Assembly: GCA_903959355.1 (NCBI GenBank) | Contig: CAJBWJ010000058.1 | Coordinates: 1 to 37,755, forward strand | Reading direction: 5' to 3' | Source of the DNA: an uncultured bacterium | GTDB taxonomy: Bacteria > Patescibacteriota > Microgenomatia > UBA1400 > PJMF01 | DNA: 37,755 bases | In this document: positions 33,738 through 37,755 of the stretch, one piece after another | Numbering within the stretch: position 1 is the first letter of the stretch | Layout: every line of letters starts with the position of its first letter | The notes under the pieces: generated by a model | Told to the model about the DNA's origin: nothing | What the model saw: only the letters and a program-made list of their open reading frames with translations | Databases searched by the model: none | Translations under genes and position numbers: made by a program

Positions 33738-34994
33738 CTAGATCATAAATGGGCGCAAAACCTCTGGAATCTCCACTGATCCATCAGCCTTCTGATAATT
33801 TTCAATCACAGCTGCGAGCAAACGAGGTGAAGCTGCGACAGTGTTGTTTAAGGTATAGACAAATTTAGTACTGCCATCCTTAGCTTGATAGCGAATATTT
33901 AAGCGGCGAGCCTGGAAGTCATTAAAATAACTAGCCGAGTGAGTTTCGCGATATTTACTTTGACCAGGGAACCAAGTCTCGATGTCATATTTTTTACGCT
34001 GGCCTGCACCCATGTCACCAGAGCACATCAGTAAAACTTGATATGGCAAATTCAAACCCTTGAGCAATTCCTCGGAATAACCAAGCATTTGTTCGTGCCA
34101 CTTACGAGTTTCTTCTTCGTCGGCCACGGTTAAAACGACTTGCTCAACTTTGTTAAATTGATGAACGCGAATAATACCTTTGGTGTCTTTGCCGTAAGAA
34201 CCGACTTCGCGACGGAAACATGGAGAAATACCACAAATCTTGATTGGTAAATCTTTTTCACGAAGTAATTCGCCACCATAATAAGAGGTAAGAGCCACTT
34301 CTGCAGTGCCAGCCAAAATTTGGCCGTCTTGAGTGTAATAATGATCTTCAGCACCCCAAGGGAAATAACCGGTGCCAAACATGGCTTCTTTGTTGACTAA
34401 GATTGGAGCGGACATGGCGGTAAAGCCATACTTCTTCATGATCGAAAGAGCATAGAGCATCAGGGCTTGCTCAAGAAAAAGTGCATCGTTCTTGAGGAAA
34501 TAACCTCTGAAGCCAGCAATTTTGGTGGCACGATCAGTGTCGAGCCAATCCAAATTTTTCATCACTTCTTCGTGAGTTTTAGGAGTGAAATCAAATTCAC
34601 GTTTGTTGCCTTCTTGTCTAACGACTTGATTGAAAGATTCATCTTTGCCAATTGGCACGTCAGCAGCTGGAACGTTAGGAACGCCACTAGCTAATTCTAC
34701 AAATTTTTCGTTGATTTCTTTGTCTTTTGGTTCGAGTTCTTTGAGTTTAGTTTTGATGGTTTTACCATTTTCAACTAAATCAGCACTTGGGCGACCACCT
34801 TCGGCGACCATTTTTTTAATGGCATCAGCGTTGGTATTTGCCTCAGTGCGCAAGGCGTCCATCTCTTTCTGCAAAGCACGGCGCTCTTCGTCCACAGCAA
34901 GTAATTGATCAATAATAGAGGAGTCAAGATTTTTATTGACGCAGGCTTCTTTGACCTGATCCTTATTTTGTCTGACAAAATTAATGTCTAGCAT
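33738..34994 (-). CDS. serS: Seryl-tRNA synthetase
   Basis: N-terminal coiled coil, GTAEV, CFRREVG, RVHQFNKVE, LNNT...RLL. Confidence 0.97.
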   Translation of the reverse strand: MLDINFVRQNKDQVKEACVNKNLDSSIIDQLLAVDEERRALQKEMDALRTEANTNADAIKKMVAEGGRPSADLVENGKTIKTKLKELEPKDKEINEKFVELASGVPNVPAADVPIGKDESFNQVVRQEGNKREFDFTPKTHEEVMKNLDWLDTDRATKIAGFRGYFLKNDALFLEQALMLYALSIMKKYGFTAMSAPILVNKEAMFGTGYFPWGAEDHYYTQDGQILAGTAEVALTSYYGGELLREKDLPIKICGISPCFRREVGSYGKDTKGIIRVHQFNKVEQVVLTVADEEETRKWHEQMLGYSEELLKGLNLPYQVLLMCSGDMGAGQRKKYDIETWFPGQSKYRETHSASYFNDFQARRLNIRYQAKDGSTKFVYTLNNTVAASPRLLAAVIENYQKADGSVEIPEVLRPFMI

Positions 34995-35011
34995 AAAAAT
35001 TGATTCCTTTG

Positions 35012-35545
35012 CTAAATTTGCGCAAATACTTTAATTAAAAATTCAATGTGCTCATCAGGACTTTTACCAATTAGCTCAAAACCCAGTACGATGTCTTCAC
35101 GACTAACATTGGCCGCAAAAGATTTATCTTTGATTTTTTTCTTAACTGATTTGCTTTCCATATCGGCAAAACGATTTGGACGCATTAGTGAGACTGCATT
35201 CATTAAACCACTTAATTCGTCACAAGCAAAAAGATACTTGTCTAGCAAGCTTTCTGCTTTAGCACCAGTTCTACCTGGAGCATGAGCGAGAATGGCTTGT
35301 TTCATTTCATCTGGATATTCACCAAAAAACTCAGTGACAGCCTTCATTGGATGTTCATCTGGATATTTCTCCCAGTCGAGATCGTGGAGTAGACCAGTGG
35401 CATACCACAAATCCACATCTTGATCGAGAAACTTAGCATAAGCTTCGAGAGCCGCAGCCACCATACGAGAGTGACGAAGCAAAGCTTCATTTTCCATGTA
35501 TTTGCTAAGTAAATTTTGACTAGCTTCGCGACTTGGTAAACTCAT
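35012..35545 (-). CDS. HD-domain metal-dependent phosphohydrolase
   Basis: H...GLLHDLD...HP...ILAH...ACDEL metal-ligand pattern. Confidence 0.88.
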   Translation of the reverse strand: MSLPSREASQNLLSKYMENEALLRHSRMVAAALEAYAKFLDQDVDLWYATGLLHDLDWEKYPDEHPMKAVTEFFGEYPDEMKQAILAHAPGRTGAKAESLLDKYLFACDELSGLMNAVSLMRPNRFADMESKSVKKKIKDKSFAANVSREDIVLGFELIGKSPDEHIEFLIKVFAQI

Positions 35546-35547
35546 GA

Positions 35548-37197
35548 TTAGATTCCTTCGAAACGACTCTTTAATAAATCTGCGCTAGTTGCTTGGAGCA
35601 ACCAAGCAGCTCTTGGACCAGCTTTTTTGCCAAGTAACATTAAATAAATACTCTCAAAAGCTTTTCTTGGCCCAATGCCATCTTTGGATAATTCAAAAAT
35701 TTGTTGTTGAAGATCTGCTGGAGCTAAATCTTTTTTCTCTGCCAACATTACTTGTAGTTCTTTGAGAAAAGTTTTTTGATCGTCACTTAAAGTTTTAGCT
35801 TCAGGTGGCAACGCTACTTTTGGACGAAGTTGATATTCAGCCGGCGCATAATTAGCCAGCCAAATTTCAGCATAAGCCATGCGCTCTTTGAGCAAGGCTT
35901 TTTCTAGATCATCGAGAGGTGCATCTTTGACTTTGGCAAATTCTTCCAATAAATCTTTGTCTGGATATTGCATCCACATAGCGACATCGCGGAATCTTGG
36001 CAAGAAAGATTTCTCTTGAGTCTTAGCCACTTGAGCTAAAACAAAAGCGCGAGCTAATCTCTCATCGCCTTCTTCTTGACCCCAAGCAATTCTGGCACCC
36101 TGATCATATTCATCAAACAGATCTGGAATAGCCATAGTACTTGGATCAAAATCGATGACTTGAGCATAATTACGACTAGCAAAAAGGAAACGGCCGACCG
36201 CTGGAGGGAAAAGCTTGGTAAATTCACGAGCGCTAGTACCGACACCTTTACTCGAACTCATTTTGGCACCACGAATCAAAATCCATTCATAAGGAATATT
36301 GAAAGGCACTGGAATTTTGAAAACTTGCTCACATTCAGCATTAGCCATATCTCTAGAACCACCAGCACTAGAATGATCTTTGCCAGCGCCTTCAACATTA
36401 ACACCCATGGCAGTCCAATGAGCTGGCCAATCGACCTTCCAAAGTAGCTTACCAGTGCCACCGAATGGACTGATTTTGGCCTTATGACCGCAACCTTTGG
36501 CCCATGTGACTTTATTTTCTTGACACTCAAAAGTAACCTCTGTACCATCCCAGTCAGTAACTAGGGTAGTACCGAGTTTGCCACATTTTGGACAAATGAC
36601 TTGGAAAGGATACCAGTTTTCTGGCAGCTGATACTTAGCCACATCTTGATAGATTTTACGCATCGGCTCGACACTATTGAGAGCCAAACGAATAATCTCG
36701 TCCATTTTTCCAGATTGATAAAGCTCATGACTCCAGATAATTTCTTGGGAACAACCAAGAGTACGAAAGGCGTGAATAAAATCAAAAGCATAGATTTCAG
36801 CGAAATTCTTGGCATTCTTGAGGTCGGCTAATTCAGCCTCTGAAGCTTGAGTCAAATCACTACCACATTTATCTAGATCTGGTTTTGGAATTTGAAAAAG
36901 AGGCTTGCCCATATGCTCGGCAAAAACGCTCTCATCTAGATAAGCTGGCAAGCCGTCCATTGGATCCATGTCATTAAAAACATAAGTATTCTCGGCTGCG
37001 ACGCCACGCTCGCGTAGCACCTGAGCGACAAGATCATGAAGTAACACGCCACGTAAAGCACCAGTATGCACACGACCAGAAGGAGTTTTCATATCATCAA
37101 CATGCAAGTTGGCGATGCCATTTTTCTCTTGCCACTTGAGGATGCCGTCTACCACTTTATCTAGCCAATGTTTACTCTGTGCCATTTGTTTTTGCAT
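35548..37197 (-). CDS. lysS: Class I lysyl-tRNA synthetase
   Basis: TPSGRVHTG, DMDPMD, CPKCGK, GKLLWKVDWPAHW, EGAGKDH, KMSSSKG, GPR. Start is ATG 37197 or 37185; TTG 37212 overlaps a TATAAT at 37217-37212. Confidence 0.95.
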   Translation of the reverse strand: MQKQMAQSKHWLDKVVDGILKWQEKNGIANLHVDDMKTPSGRVHTGALRGVLLHDLVAQVLRERGVAAENTYVFNDMDPMDGLPAYLDESVFAEHMGKPLFQIPKPDLDKCGSDLTQASEAELADLKNAKNFAEIYAFDFIHAFRTLGCSQEIIWSHELYQSGKMDEIIRLALNSVEPMRKIYQDVAKYQLPENWYPFQVICPKCGKLGTTLVTDWDGTEVTFECQENKVTWAKGCGHKAKISPFGGTGKLLWKVDWPAHWTAMGVNVEGAGKDHSSAGGSRDMANAECEQVFKIPVPFNIPYEWILIRGAKMSSSKGVGTSAREFTKLFPPAVGRFLFASRNYAQVIDFDPSTMAIPDLFDEYDQGARIAWGQEEGDERLARAFVLAQVAKTQEKSFLPRFRDVAMWMQYPDKDLLEEFAKVKDAPLDDLEKALLKERMAYAEIWLANYAPAEYQLRPKVALPPEAKTLSDDQKTFLKELQVMLAEKKDLAPADLQQQIFELSKDGIGPRKAFESIYLMLLGKKAGPRAAWLLQATSADLLKSRFEGI

Positions 37198-37234
37198 AAA
37201 ATATAGTTCCAATTATACTCGATAAGTATAACCT

Positions 37235-37262
37235 AAAAACCCCGCTTTTGGCGGGGTTTTTC
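37235..37262 (-). terminator. Intrinsic terminator downstream of greA
   Basis: AAAAACCCCGC-CAAAA-GCGGGGTTTTT; symmetric A/T tails. Confidence 0.88.
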
Positions 37263-37278
37263 TTGTTTCTTTTAATTT

Positions 37279-37749
37279 TTACTTAATTTCTAAGATTTTG
37301 TAAGTGATTTGTCCCGCCGGGGTTTTCACTTCTACATTGTCGCCCTTACTCTTCTTGAGCAAAGCTTTGCCGACTGGTGATTCGATGGAAATTTTGCCTT
37401 CGGCTGGATTTGATTCGTATTCACCACTCATTTGATAAGTAATTTTTTTATCTTTACCAACTATTTCTAGTTTGACGACTGAACCAAGAGAAATAACTCC
37501 GGTACTAGTTTTGACTGAAGCGGTAACTTTGGTATTAAGAAGAATTTCTTCAATTGAATTGATACGAGCCTGCAACATATCTCTCTCGTCTCTAGCGCTG
37601 TGGTAATCAGCGTTTTCAGAAAGATCGCCTTGCTCTCTAGCATTAGAAATGCGTTCAATAACTTTAGGTATTTTTACATTTTTAAGTTCCTGGAGTTCTT
37701 GTTGGAGCTCTTCGAAACCGGTCTGAGTAATAGTGATTGTATCTGACAT
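37279..37749 (-). CDS. greA: Transcription elongation factor GreA
   Basis: AREQGDLSENADY, ISIESPVGKALL, TPAG. Confidence 0.97.
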   Translation of the reverse strand: MSDTITITQTGFEELQQELQELKNVKIPKVIERISNAREQGDLSENADYHSARDERDMLQARINSIEEILLNTKVTASVKTSTGVISLGSVVKLEIVGKDKKITYQMSGEYESNPAEGKISIESPVGKALLKKSKGDNVEVKTPAGQITYKILEIK

Positions 37750-37755
37750 AACAGT

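Noticed and set aside
34995-37278. T-box leaders upstream of serS or lysS
   Set aside because: The gaps are too short (17 bp; about 80 bp filled by the greA terminator and a -10) and contain no UGGNACC antiterminator.
1-37755. Alternative genetic code (TGA=Gly), inteins, CRISPR arrays, IS elements, defence systems
   Set aside because: Conserved genes are full-length in code 11 and several end in TGA; DnaE has normal length; no repeat-spacer arrays, transposases or defence domains were recognised.

Overview
AT-rich, densely packed housekeeping region of a small-genome bacterium. It uses the standard code (TGA acts as stop, e.g. ileS, ftsA). Gene content and protein signatures (class I LysRS, type 2 IleRS, split transketolase, reduced dcw cluster, MurA with Asp at the catalytic Cys position, CCA-less tRNA genes) suggest a Patescibacteria/CPR organism, possibly Microgenomates-like; this is an inference. 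Contents in order: partial rodA, a Cof-type HAD hydrolase, ileS, an orphan ORF, the murB-murA-mraY-ftsW-murG-ftsQ-ftsA-ftsZ cluster, truB, lepB, a Wzx-like flippase and O-antigen-ligase-like pair, an Ig-domain membrane protein, three tRNAs (Thr, Gly, Asp), lemA-htpX, gatCAB, dnaE, tktN/tktC, mutM, secA, serS, an HD hydrolase, lysS and greA, plus three more small orphan ORFs. I saw no mobile element, CRISPR array or defence locus. The most striking unannotated element is the ileS leader (about 4174-4366, minus strand). It reads as a complete T-box riboswitch with an actinobacterial-type ultrashort Stem I carrying the Ile specifier AUC in its apical loop, but it is joined to an intrinsic transcription terminator rather than an SD-sequestering hairpin. 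Other notable items: a symmetric bidirectional promoter sharing one palindromic -35, several probable leaderless genes, an operator-like palindrome over a near-consensus promoter driving an orphan gene, and atypical substitutions in RodA, MurA, GatA, GatB and SecA.
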